Assembly: GCA_012295275.1 (NCBI GenBank)
Contig: CM022672.1
Coordinates: forward strand, 6,386,001-6,450,000
DNA length: 64,000 bases
DNA from: Chrysomallon squamiferum
Lineage: Eukaryota > Animalia > Mollusca
Reading direction: 5' to 3'
In this document: one piece after another, positions 13,383-27,603 of the stretch
Numbering within the stretch: position 1 is the first letter of the stretch
How the letters are laid out: the number at the start of each line of letters is the position of its first letter
The notes under the pieces: generated by a model
Databases searched by the model: none
What the model was told of the DNA's origin: nothing
What the model saw: only the letters and a program-made list of their open reading frames with translations
Program-made: the position numbers and the translations under genes

Positions 13383-16280
13383 TTGTGTTTTGTTTTGTTT
13401 TTTTTTCTATTCACCAAGCGCCAGGTTTCACTTATCATAGTCTTCGAATACAACACATCTTATATGACAGGTTGCTATGCAACCGCTCTATAATGAAGTG
13501 AATGTAGTTGTTTTCTGTTGTCTAATTATGCTACAGTTCTTTGAAATATATCCTCTTTTTTTTTCTTTTTCTTAATTTCAATTTTAATTAATTAATTAAT
13601 TTATTTTTAATTTTATTTTTTGTGTGAATATTGCTAAAATTAACATAATTAACTTCGTTTACGTTTATATTTCTTTGATATTTAAAACAATGGCTAAATT
13701 AGAAACCAAAGATTTTTTTTTTATATTATTATTATTATTATTATTTTTTTTTTTTTTTTAAATTTCTATTATTAAATTATAATACTATTTTGTGCATATC
13801 TTCTGAAATAAAACGAAATAAAATCATCTTTTTATATTATAAGGATTGTTGTTTTAAACAATATTAATCAGTATTTATCACAAAATTATATTCACTAGCG
13901 ATTTAATTTCTTCACGTTTAGGATCATTTTATTCCTTTAGCTTCATTGACATCAAAATAATTTAGTCCACCAATTTAAGATGCATGTTTCTAAGTGTGTT
14001 GTGCTGTTTATTTTGTTTAATTTGATACAGACTGCTGAAAAGATGATATCTCCAGAAGGTGACGTGTTTATTTGAAGCTTAAACTGAATTATCTTTTAAC
14101 ATCGCCTTGTCGAATCGATAGTCATAGAATTAATCTTCTTGCATGTGTGTAGATATAGACATACAGACAGATAGACATAAACAGAAAAACAGATAGACAG
14201 AGAGAGATAGGCAGAAAAACAGATAGACAGAGATATATAGGTAAAGACACAACCATAGGCATGGGCAAATAGATAAAGAATAAAGACAAGTAAATAGATA
14301 GACAGATTTAGAATATAGATATCGAGACAGATGTTATTAAAGATTGCACAAATAATAAATATATATATTTTTGAATTAAATAATAATGTATGAATGCATG
14401 CAATGTATATGTATGTATGTGTCTATGCTTGAATGTGTGTATGTATGTACGTATGTATGCATGTATGTATGTATAGATAGATGTATGTATGCATAGGTGT
14501 GTATATTAATGCGAATGTGTGTACGTTTATATATGTGTGAATATGAAGACATACACACATACACGTTCTCTACATTTATAGACACGTGTAAAATTATGAC
14601 TGGTGAAATGACAAAATGAATCATATTACTAACTTGTTTGAGCGGTTGAGTAAGTAACTGTGACGATTCATTAGTTTTAGTAAAAAGACACTTGTTTGTC
14701 CAGTAATGCATTTTTAATGGACCTTCATAATAAAGAAAACAGTAGTTACAAACATAAGCGTTTCTAATCAATAGATATGAGGTTTAGCAGTGTGAATGAA
14801 GCTTGCATTTAATTCTCAAGAACTACAATTGACTTTTTGTTTTCTATCAGCGACTGGATATTGCAAAAATCGAATTTAATTTAATTTAATTTATTTGTTT
14901 ATTATTATTGTTATAATTATCGATTTTTATTTACTTATTTTATTTTATTTTATTTTACATCCAATTTCTAATAATAACGTCGAATAGCAATAAATAAACA
15001 GTTTAATTTTTTTTATTTTATTTTTTTTCGTGGCTCCACTATTTTTCTTCAGCTGTGACATCATGGAGGACCATTTTTGCTTTCGTTTCGTCTAGCTCAG
15101 TCAGATAAAAATGTATCTGTTATGTCATGAATCTATTTGTGAAGAGATAAAACGGCATCGTTCAAATGTAAAACATTTATTTTCTTGCCATAATTTGTTG
15201 TCAATAATACTATGCGTATAAATCAAATAAAATAAACTTGAAAATAAACATAATATTTTGAGATCATCGATTCGTACCGGATTAGTTACACTTCAAAATA
15301 ATATTATTTATATTATATCTTATCTGCTGTGATAAATAAATATAAAATAAATAAATCGACATATGAAAATACAGGGAGAATAAATGGATGAATAAATGAT
15401 CAAAAGAACGAATGAATATATGTCTGTGTGTTTTAAGAAAGAAAACCGTATGCTTATACTGCTTATTAATGAAATTATTTTTGGTTTTCAAAATAAATTA
15501 TTATAGTTAAATGGCATATTATAACCACAGATTATCTAAAATATTAAAAAAAAAAAAAAAAAAATTAACGACTATTAGCCTCAAAGTTTTTAAAACAAAA
15601 TTTGCTCACAAAAGTATTTATCTGATTAGATATTGTCGAGTAGTTCTTATTATCGTGGGAACATAATAATATGTTTCGTATTCTAAGTGGTATTTATTTA
15701 TCTCTAGGATTTATTTCAGAAACGACAGCAGTGAAAATATAATTATTAAAAATTCAGTTTCTCTAATATCTGAAAATAATGAACACAAAAATGATTAACA
15801 AACTAAATATTACTGTTTCATAAATTAAGTAAGTCCTTAAATTACCTTATTTATTTATTTATTTATTTATTTACATATATATTTACTTTTTCATCTGAAA
15901 TGTATGGTGAAAAATTCTTCAAGGAATTTATCTAAATTTCTCTGTCTGTTTTAATGAGAAAACTCGGAAAGAGTTTAAAATGTAAACCTGATATTTATGT
16001 GCAAACTTTATATATATATTTATTCCATCCAGCGTCTAAAATTTGCCCGATTGATGACAAAAATAAAGCAGTTTATTTTATGTTTTTTTTTTCTAATTTA
16101 ATTTGTATACAATAAAAAATCATTAGATAAAATAAATAAATATGTATATAGCTTTACGTCACACGCTGAATTGTAACTAATTTCAATAACTAAATTAATA
16201 TTCATTTAATCTTTTTTCGTTAACGAATAAAAAAAAAAAAAAAAAATGTCAGGATTCAGACGTTTCGATTGTTCTCTCCT

Positions 16281-16333
16281 TGACGTCCGCGTTCGCTGAG
16301 TATATAAATAACGTGAAGCGAGCGACGTCAGTT
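16281..16333 (+). promoter_or_regulatory. Candidate core promoter: CRE-like site, TATA box, initiator
   Basis: TGACGTC at 16281, TATATAAATA at 16301-16310, TCAGTT (Inr consensus) at 16328-16333, with its A 27-29 nt after the TATA start. AP-1 site TGAGTCA at 16522-16528. Confidence 0.45.
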
Positions 16334-16655
16334 TCGAGAGGCCTGAATGAGGCTTCTCCGTACCCTCCATACGCCAAAATTCTTAATTTGTTTTGGAATG
16401 TGGAAGTCGTTTTAACATTTGAACAGATACTCAGTTTTTGCAGGTCAGACAGCCGTTCGTTATTCCTCACCGCTCCCCTAGGCTCTTTGAAAAGCCACTC
16501 TGTACCTTGAATGCAGAGACAGTGAGTCACTTGGTGAGTGATGGTGCCCTAGCTTGAGAAGTGGATAATACGGAACTCGTTCTTGAAAAACGAAATCCTG
16601 GGAACTGTTCACCAAAGGTATAAAATAACAAAAAAAAAAAAAAAAAAAAAAAAAA

Positions 16656-16697
<42 letters not shown>

Positions 16698-16920
16698 AAA
16701 AAACATTTTAGAATCCAAATATTGCAATCCCAAAGAATGGATGAATAATAAATAAATAAATAAATAAATTGATATGTTTAAATTTAATAATGATTAAAAT
16801 AAAATAAAATAATATAAAATAAAATAATTTATTGATAATGATAATAGTCATATGGGGTGGTGTTGATTATGATGATGATTATAATTGTTGTTGTAACTGT
16901 TGTAATTGTTGTTATAGTTG

Positions 16921-16958
<38 letters not shown>

Positions 16959-19900
16959 GTTACTGCTATTATTATTATTATCATCATTGGATTCACGTTA
17001 AGCATGACAAAACTGTTTTGTCTATTAATTATTCTAAAACACGACAGTACCGATGTTTCACTCGGAACGTGGCCCAGGGTGACAGCACGACGTCGTGTAC
17101 CAATTACGTCTTTGTGACAGCTAAGAACTGCATGCAGTCTAGCAAGTTATCGTGCACACCGCTACATGGACGGTGTGTGACGTTATTATCAAGAACGACT
17201 ACCGGCGAACTGGTTGCAGGCACATGTTGACATTTCGTAAATCAATGTGATAGCAGATAAAAGTATCTTATCAACTGCAGCTAGCTGGTAATTATAGAAT
17301 TTAATCATTCCTTTGGGACTGACGATTAGAAATAGAAGAAGAATAAGAAGAAGAAGAAAAGGAAATCGGGTAAAAAAATATTGTTAATGGACGGTGTCAG
17401 AGGAGAGCGACTGGATAGACTGGTTTTGTGTTAAAATATGCGGTAAATAATGTGCTAATTGGTGAAATAAAATGCACTGTAGGTCTGTTTATTTATTATA
17501 GAATGTTATTCATTGTAATATTGGGTTATTCATTAAAATAAAATAAGAATAATGTCATTATGGTAATATGTTGTTCTACATTTTGTTAAAACGATAAATA
17601 ATATATATATAACAGGCACATGTATGAGAACGTATGTGTGTTTGTGGGTGTATAAATTTTCAAATTAATATCAGTAAATTGCAAGAGTGCACCAATTTAA
17701 AGACAGATTTGGGGTGTTTTTGTTACATTTTTAATGACTGAAACAAATAAACAAACAAACAAACAAGCAAGAAAATAAATAAACAAAAACAAAACAAAAC
17801 AAAAAAATACAGAAGTTAAGCTCGAGGTAAATCTAAAGACAGTAAACCAAGAAAACCAAGAAACAAAAATCACAGCACGAAGAGAAATGCTATAAAATGG
17901 CTGTGAATGCAATGACAATTCTTGTCCGTGCAATTAGTGTAATGGTCACTGGTCACTGTGATAGCACAGAGAATTAATCACTTCTGTCAGCGAGGCGTAC
18001 GACATTAAACGGAGGATTTAAGTGATATAAATGATGATTAGAGAGAAAAGAATGTGGTACAGACCGTGCCTCGGTAGTTGAAGTCGTAGTAATAGTTCTG
18101 ATTGTAATAATACTAGTACTAAAAGCAATGGTAGTACTTGTACGTATGTGACTCAAATAAATTTAAAAAATAATATCCTCAAAATAAAACTATTTCTTTA
18201 ACACTGGAAAGAACAATATTTAAAATAAAATAAAAAAAAAAAAATAAAAAGTGAGAAAAAAAAAATGATATCATATTCATTATGGTTACTTGAAATTAAC
18301 GTAGTAATTGGAATTTCTATGTTCGAAAATTCCTGTAATTTTAGCCAGTTGTTTCAAGATTTACTGGAACGAATACTGTGACCGAAGCTCATTAAATTTT
18401 TATATTTCGCTTAAAAAGCAGGATAATTTATATAAAATGTTCAGGATATCTAGTTCATTGCAAGAAATTAAAATGCTAAACTTACTGCTAATTAATTATA
18501 TAGATATACTTATAAACATTTAATTTACTGAAGTAGAATAAAAATAATGATCCAGTCAAATTTCAGTATTTAATCATGTGACATAATACGATGAACATAA
18601 TGGTTTGTTTATGATAAATATGATCAAGTGTTATGATTATGTCAGAAGCAAGAAAATTGCTGGAACAGGACAGGTTTTTATAATAATTCGTACAAATAAA
18701 GTTCAGTACTGACACGAGGTTATCTGTTTTGTTACGTTTGTTTTTAAGCCTGGATATTTTAGTAAAGGAATTTTTACTCGTGAAATGAGGCGTGCCATTC
18801 GTGCGGCCCGCCGAGATTTTTGTTTCTCACCAACTTTTTTTTTTTGCCGTTTGCACATGCGCAGTTACTCCTTGACGAGGTCTCAATTTGCCCATAGCTG
18901 TTCTAAAACAACAACACAAATTAAAGAACGAAAACAATGGAGAAACATGCGAACTAAGTCACTAAGAAAAATTGAAACAAATTACCACACAAACTTTGGA
19001 GATGGTGCAGTGCGGCTGTGTGGCAGCTGTTGACCGGACATTGTAAACTAGGGTACAGGCAAAAAGACGATTTTGTCACGTACCTGCCTAGCTGCAATTG
19101 CAATTATAGAAATGATTCAAGTTATACTATTGGGATAACCAATACACACAGACAAAAAAAACCCCAAAACTTAGCTATATAATTAAAATAGGTAGAAAAT
19201 TAAAACGTGTAGCAAAAGAAATCATATCCATAATACTTAACATAAAAATAGATTTTTCAGTTGTAAAATAATCCGAAGATTAGAACATCTACACTTAGCC
19301 TCTTGCAAACAGAAAATCAGTTTGATGTGCAGCCCGTCATAATTTCAGACAATCTCGTCTGCAAAGAAAAAAATAAGTTCACAGAATTTACGCTTGAACT
19401 GTTCTGTTCAAATTCTGTTTGTATATAAATGCGCTGATTTGAGTGTCTTTATTTTATACTTTTTATTTATTTATTTTTTTTAAAAGCTTTTCTCGAGACA
19501 ATATTATTACATTACTGATAAGAAATGTTATTTTTTTTAAATTCTTGTTTTAATTTTTTTTTTAAATAATATCATTGGCTGTTTGTTTTGAGTTCATTGA
19601 AAAAAAATGAAAGAAAGTTAATCGCTAAAATTATAATTCTGTACTGCCTTATAACAATGCTTATGAAAGATCTGAAATGGAAAATTTGGCTACGAAATAC
19701 TAAACAAAAAACTATTTCCAGGAGAAAACAAGAAACAAACGGTAGCTCAAAGGCTCGACGTGCCATAGGTGAACCCATTTCCCGTTCCATCCATTGCTCC
19801 ATGGTTATTATATACTTTCCTCCATAAGATATTCATTTCTCCATTATTAACTTTTGATGATATCTTTTCGCTTGCAAACAACAGCACCACCACCAACAAC

Positions 19901-21089
19901 AAAAAACAACAACAACAAAAAAATTATCTGATACATTATATCAGAACCACATTCGTTTCACTTCAAGTTCTTTAATAATAAGAAAAAAAGAAGAAAGAGA
20001 ACCCAGAATTACCATTTAATTCACTTGGAAGGCAAGGTCGCTTTGACGCCAGAGTATCAGATGCCTCAGATACATCGGAAATAACAACGTATTTTGGCCA
20101 TCTTCTTCTCCAGCTGCCTTCTTGTTATGTATGACAGTAATATGATAGTTTGTAATTACAACCATCGTAATTATCTGGCACAACAATTGGAGTATAAGCT
20201 GCTTCTTCCATCATCGATTTTTATTCTTTTTGTTTTCACTTCGGTGGAAAATATTAAGCGCCTTAATTGTGTGTGTACTTAGCGATCTACGATGAATACC
20301 GAACACGAGACGGAGCAAAGCACTTTTTCCTTGTTGCTGTATTAAAACCTTCGCTGGAAGAATTTTATATTACATATTACATGATGTAGGTGAATATTAT
20401 AAATAAACAAACAAACAAACAAAGAACTGTAATATAATTCAAAAATTAATGACAGTTACAATACATTTTTGTTGTTGTTGTTTGTTGTTTGTTTTTGTTG
20501 TGTGTTTTGTTTTTATTATTATTTTTTAATTCATTAATTAATCTATTATTATTATTTTTATCATTTATTTATATATTTATTATTTATTTATTTATTTATT
20601 TATTTGTTATTATTATTATTATTTTTTGTTTTTGTTTGAGAGACAACATCTAATTAAAGCAAAAAACTTAACAAGTGATTACTTAAATTACTCTTTAATG
20701 TGGTTACGTAATTCTGTCACAAAGTTATGATGTAGAATTTGTCTAAATCTAAACTAATTGCTTACAGACACCCGTATTCTTCACTCTAGTTGTAGAAACA
20801 AATTAGTTATTCTTATTCAGGTGCTAATTTGGCTTAAAGTTTGCAATAGCCGAGATAATTATATCACAGCCTTAATAATATTTGAACATTCCCAATGGTG
20901 TTGAAATATACACCACAGCTTTGATATATTCATAGAACTTATGTAACAAGATTGATGCCTGGTTCACAGAACTTTATCCAGTAAATAATCTAGCAATTTG
21001 CTTGTGAATTTAAGATTTGATTCCAATAAAATAGTTTAGAAATTAAGTAAAGGCAGAACAAACTAAATATTCTAATTAACGATGCACTT

Positions 21090-21390
21090 TTTAATGCACG
21101 GAGGCCTGAGGCATTCCGGATTTCTGAATTTTCCGGTTTTCTGGTACCAAGGCATGTAAATACGTAAAAAATTAGGCATAAATATTTTAAAATTAAAAAC
21201 ATAAAGAAAATTGACGATAGACAAATGTGGCGACTCAACCCGTAAATATGAACGCCACGCGGCTTGAAAGAGTAGTTCCTGTCTGGTGAGGACAACACCC
21301 GCGCGCGCGAACTATGAAAATAGCATCGGGAAAAAATTTCGGTTTTCTGGTCTTTCCGGATTTCAGGACGCCGGATAATTGGTCCAGTAG
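21090..21390. mobile_element. Probable non-autonomous DNA transposon (MITE) remnant
   Basis: GC-richer block with repeated subterminal-like motifs (TTCCGGATTTC twice, CGGTTTTCTGGT twice) ending CCGGATAATTGGTCCAGTA; no partner terminal repeat seen. Confidence 0.4.
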
Positions 21391-21921
21391 CTATGTACGG
21401 ATATTTAGTATCATTCATATGGTTAAGGGACATAGAATTAATGAGCAGAAGAAAACAGTTGTAGCGTCAGAGTAAGTTACTTGTTTTCCCCGATTATAAC
21501 GATTATAGCAAGTGATCTTTTATTTGCACCTTCTCATTGACGGGAGAGTACATATGATAAACAAGTCGTGATTTACGGGTTAGCATCAATGAACAAATGC
21601 CCAAATACTATTACTACTACTACTACTACTAATAATAATATTAAATAAATAAATAAATTAAATTAATTAATTAAAATAAAAAACAACAATTTTCATTTTG
21701 TTTACGAAGAGATTTCAAAATCTTAATACTCTAGAACTGATATTAATAATTGTTAGAATAGGAATCGAGTGAAAATACATTTCCTGGACATGTAATAGTT
21801 GTTGTTTCTTTCGCGGGAAACACTGGTTTCCAGTTACTAAATCAGGATATTTAATTAGCATGAAAGCGGATAAAATATTTACTGAATGCCGACATCATAT
21901 TTCTATAATTATCTGACATGT

Positions 21922-21924
<3 letters not shown>

Positions 21925-22016
<92 letters not shown>
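21925..22016. repeat. (GA)n microsatellite
   Basis: Direct reading. Confidence 0.95.
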
Positions 22017-22018
<2 letters not shown>

Positions 22019-22251
22019 ATGTCACTTACAGAAGATACAAAATATTGCAATTAAATCTTTCTACATTTGTATGGTCAGAAGCGACGTTTCCACTTATATA
22101 TTATAAAAACGTTCAAATGTCTTTTAGAAATGATGTGATATGTTGAACATTTGAAACGTCAAATAGCTGTGTATTCCGTCCAGTGGTGTTTGTTTTGTTG
22201 TTGTTGTTTTTTGTTTGTTTTCTTTGTTTTTTTTTTTTCTAATCATTTGAA

Positions 22252-22290
<39 letters not shown>

Positions 22291-22481
22291 ATGTTTAAAA
22301 ATTAGAAAGAAAGAAATTGTGGTACTTTATATCTGGGAATAGAGTTTAAAATCTATGATGTCGATGATAATTAATTAATAAATTTGTAAAATAAAATAAA
22401 ATAAAATATAAATTATCAAATTAAAATTTTATTTAATAAAATAAATAAATAAATGTAAAAGAAAATTTGAAAATTAATAAA

Positions 22482-22519
<38 letters not shown>

Positions 22520-23575
22520 GATTCACTTGATTTCTGCAGTGAAATAGGTATTTTGATCCAGATGAGACTGCAGTGACATTGATCCTGAACTGTTGTCATA
22601 GCAACTTGACTGACACAACTGGGATCACAAAGTGAATTACAATAAAACAAAAAAAAGTCATAAATAAAAAAAAACGACGCAATTATTTTTGTGGTAATCA
22701 ATACTTTCGACTAATGACAGGGAAATGACAGCAAAATTTTGCAGTTGTCAAATATAAAGCTCATTATTAAAAGAACGTTTGAAATGGATCAGACTACATG
22801 TTCAGAGTCGAACGTTCTAGAACAGGTGCACCGTAATGTCACGGTAACTGTCTGTTTGGGTATGGCAAGTACGCCACGGAACACTTTCTGGTAAACTTGA
22901 CTGGTATTTTTCAGCAGCTTTTATGGTAAAGTTATCTGAAAGGCGGGCATGTCAGGTATTCGGAGAGAGGCGCGATTTCGGTGCTTGCCACAGAAACCAT
23001 GTTCTGTCTGCTGCTGTGTCTTTGCCACTGACTACATTCAAGGCCAGAGTTAGATGAGTGAGGTACTAACACATTAAAATATTTGGAAGACAAATTTAAC
23101 ACGCGCTAGGAAAGAATAATAATATGCAACAGCTGATCTGAAATTAATAGAAGCCCCATTCTGACTGTTACACAGTGTGTTTAAATTCAGTCCCAAGTGC
23201 ATCTAGCAACAGTAAGAGATCGTTCCTTATCCTGGGAACATTTGAAATAACTATTGTCATCGACATGACTGGGTTTCTTTCAACTAACCTGAACACTATC
23301 AGGCGCTTGTTATATATTTGCATAATGCTGCAAATTATGGAAAAGAATCTTGGTTTATGAACATGATTAGTAAGCTAATTCAGCTAAGAACATATTAGAA
23401 TTTTGGCTTTCCTCATTTATTATTCATATTGCTCATTCCTGTAATGTTGTTTTGGAATGTAATCAGGGAACAAAGGTGTAAAATTAGTATATAACCAAAA
23501 ATAGTGAAATTATCATCAGGTTTGTGTGGATAAAATATTCTGTACAAATGCTCTGTACAGAGAGTGCACACGCTC

Positions 23576-23616
<41 letters not shown>

Positions 23617-24626
23617 AAACAAACACCTCAGTATAAACTAATCATTTAAGACTTGAGAAACTGAACTGAAAAGAAAGAAGTGATGAAATAAATAAATCAT
23701 ATGGATGTTCAAAAATATTTTATGTATTTTACTACAAATTGTTATTATGTGGCATTTTTTTCCACAATTAAAAGATACAACTGGTTATTCATTATGCATG
23801 GGTTACTCTTACCAGTAAGCAACAAGGATTTTTTTTTTATATGCATGTTCCCACCACCAGGAAAGCTTTTACTGAAACCATTATAATAATCCATATCTGA
23901 GGCATTAACAATAAACTACAAATGAAAAGGCCAAAGATTAATTATTGTAAGATTTACAGAAATGTACGACTGTAAGATTATTTGTTTAGATTAACACAAT
24001 GGAAAGGTCAAATATTAATTATTTGTCAGCACTAAGAAAAAACATATATAATTAGAAAGTTAATCTTTGTGTCTACAATAACATGGTGTTGTTGATTACA
24101 TGATGATGGTGTCTGTTAGAGAATGTCTTATTCTGTTATCAAATTACATGCGAATCTCAGGGGAGTTGCCAGCAGTCTCTGAAATAATACTTTTATTCTG
24201 TAGTTAAGGAATGAGCAGAATTTAGAAGCAAATTAAGAACCTTTTAGGCCACATTAAATATTTACACTGAGCTTTTGCATAACAGGAGTGTGGAATCACT
24301 GTCATCAGAAATATAAAAAAAATTAAACCTGTTACAGTAATATATAAATCCTTGTATCCAATTATTATGACGGATGCTGTTTTCAGTTTTTGTTATAATA
24401 ATGTGTGTGTGTGTGTGTGTAAGATTACAAAATAAAATCAGTAACAGTGACAAAATACTAAAACTGTTTTCAAAGGTTTATATTTTATTGAAATAATAAA
24501 AATGCTGACAGGAGATGTACAGTTATTTAAATGTGTCTGTAAAATGCATCCATAGATGATGATGATAATTATTACAAAATGGTGAAAATAAACCATTTAC
24601 ACAAATGGTTCTTACACAGATCAGCA

Positions 24627-24811
24627 TTGGTGATTCCCAACCTATTTACTATTGCAAAAAACTCAAATATTTCTTCATGTACTTAGGAATCCTCAGCCCA
24701 CATGAATGATAAAAGTATGTTAACAGGCAAAGAGGGAGATGTCTTGTTGAACCTATGGAGAGGTTTCACTGAAGCTTATGGTTCTACTGAACCCTGGCTT
24801 GAGAATCTGTG
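24627..24811. mobile_element. Degenerate hAT-like MITE remnant
   Basis: Begins GTGATTCCCAACCT and ends GGTTCTACTGAACCCTGGCTTGAGAATC, resembling the ends of hAT-derived MITEs; recognised by eye only. Confidence 0.35.
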
Positions 24812-25578
24812 ATCTAGACAAGAGGTTTTCAAAAACTGGTATGCATCCCCATGAGAGTATGTAAAAAAAGTGAAAACTTTTCCTACAGAAAGCCCCTTAA
24901 AGAAAGATAGCCATTCTAACTGATCTTCAGAAATTACCCTGAATCATTTACTATTTTTTTTATGCTATTTATAAATTACAATTTTTTATTGTATTTTAAC
25001 CAGTACAAGAAATGCATATATGAACTTGCACTACTGAACCTGCTCTGCCTTGATATTTGGATAGGAGTACATATCACACAGATATTTTCTCCAAGTTTTG
25101 AAAAAAGTTTGAACAATGCTGATCTAAACAAATATTTATATAGACAGGCTGTCACTACAGTATTTTCTCTATCAACATCATCTAAAAACCAAACTGAACT
25201 GATAAGATTTAAGCCAGTGTTTCTTATACTGGTGCATGGTTCACCAAAATAAAATTAAATGGAAAATGATATGAAAAAGGGTAAAATGAAATTTGTGATA
25301 GAGATGCATATGATAATGACTATAACAAATACTGCATTAAACTATTAATTTTACACATTAGCATTCTGGGTAATTTCTACACATTAGTTTTTAAATTATG
25401 TATGCAGCTGTAGATTTGAATTAGTGTAAATATTCAATAATACATTTTATGAAGACAACAGGAATCTAAACAAATTTAAACAAAAAATTAATAGATGACA
25501 AAAACAAAAATAAATTAGGAGAATTAGAAAAATTATTCATATTCTTTCTTTACTCTCAGTATGGTGACTGAAAAATGA

Positions 25579-25636
<58 letters not shown>

Positions 25637-26042
25637 TAATACACTTTTCATACACGAACAAACCTCATCTTGTAAAATACAGACTACTCATTTTTCTCTT
25701 TTATTTATATACAGATATTCACAAATTTCATCCAAAAACAAAATAATAATAATAATAATGTTAACAATGAAAATAAAATATTAAAATTAAAAAACAAGCA
25801 CAAAAAAAACAAAACAAATACCACTTCACACTGAATCAAGTTTAGGACAGGAAAAAAAAAAAAAAAAAATGTACTAAACCAAAATTTCCATCATGACTGT
25901 TGTCATATATTCATTGTATTCCAACATGAATTCGGATTCAATCAATCCATCACAATGTTTATTTTTTTTGTGACAAGTCATCTGCGATTAAAAAAAAGAC
26001 CTGTCATTTGAAGTATAAATAACAACGTTGCTGTCAAGCTGG

Positions 26043-26558
26043 TCACCGCTGTTTGTTCTGAGCGGCTTCTTTCCGTGCTGCGTCTTGCAACAACTGAGTG
26101 TCACATTCGTCTGTGGGTAACTGGACATACCTCACCACAGAACCACGTATAAAACATGTCTTCACCGACAGCTGAAACAGAACATTTGTAATTATTACTA
26201 TTTAGAAAATCAAAAATAAACAAAGAAAGAGAAAGAAAATATAGTTAAAATATTTTTTACCTGATAAATGAAAGAAAAAATTTAAAGATATAAAAAAAAA
26301 ATAAACAAAGAAAAAAAAAATTACAACTTATCTGAAATTTCTGATAATTGAAATATTAAATTAGAAATGTTTTATTTAAAATTGAAAAAAAAATAAAAAA
26401 TAAAAAATAAATTAAAACCCTGTTGCAATTAGCAGTTCAGTTATAATAGAAATCTTAAGAGAGCAAAAATGTAAAATAAAAAATTGACTTGCTTCTAAAA
26501 ACACATTAAACACATGCAAACAGATGTATTAAATAATACTGAAAATAATGTAAACAAA

Positions 26559-26623
<65 letters not shown>

Positions 26624-27551
26624 ACTGTGAGGAATAATATTAAATCATAATGCATTTAGATAAAACACTACTGACAGAATGCCAGACTGATAAGCACCTC
26701 ACCTATACCATGTTTTTTTCATTGCATTATCAAAACACCAGTTTGAAGAAATATTTGTACAATTACTTAACCTTGGCAAAGGGAAAATTTTAAAATATTA
26801 AGACACACACATAAACTGACCTTTTACAACTAACTAATTGACAGAAATTAATAATTTAATTTGTTTTTTTGTTTTAATATTAGTTTAGTGCAAGGAAAAG
26901 TGACATTAAATGATTGATTAGTTAAAAAAACAAAAAAAAAAACACAAACATTTAAACCATCATTCTTCACGTAAAATGTAATAAAGTTATTAACTTCTGA
27001 AAGTTTTTCTTTTATTGATCATTTCACTGTCTTATTACATTTTTAAAAAATGTCATTAAATCATTTCTCTCAAATGAAGAAAATATAATATTAACAAATG
27101 TTGCTAATTTAAAAAAACAAAAAACAAAACAACAACACACAAACAACATCATAATAAATAAAGAAATAAAGAAATTAGAAAAACAGAAGCTTACATAGTC
27201 AAACTAATCAGACAAAAGTTGACGATAGGGCAAGAAGGAAAAAAAAAAGAGAGACAGCACAGTTATTTCCCTTTGGCAATAAAATGAACTTAATTAAATT
27301 ACTAGACACAACAGCCAGAAAATGTGTTATACAAAATCATCCCTTGAAGCATCTGTCTAATACCTAATAAATTACATTCCTTTTTCTTCTGGCCACAAAT
27401 ATAAATTACCTGACAAAACTAGTATATGTTAATATATTTTCTGATTGAAGAAATAATCATTGACAGAGTGACCAATGATTTGAAAGTGAAATAAAAGTAT
27501 AATTAAAATAATTCAGTAAATGCCATGGATGTCCTGTTGATAATAATAATA

Positions 27552-27603
<52 letters not shown>

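Noticed and set aside
18780-19090. ORF 18785-19033 as a gene
   Set aside because: No recognisable protein. The GC-rich motifs (TGCGGCCCGC, GCACATGCGCAG) look like a transposon or regulatory remnant, too weak to call.
22770-23075. Telomerase RNA, RNase P/MRP, U3, 7SK or SRP RNA identity for the GC-rich island
   Set aside because: No CUAACCC template or P6.1 motif. TCAGACTAC resembles the RNase P 3' conserved region but has no matching upstream GGAAnGUCUG partner. U3 boxes, 7SK ends and the SRP helix-8 motif were not found.
24100-24182. Box C/D snoRNA candidate (ATGATGA ... CTGA, about 83 nt)
   Set aside because: Weak terminal stem, no clear C'/D' boxes, and I recognise no rRNA or snRNA target for the guide; such boxes arise by chance here.
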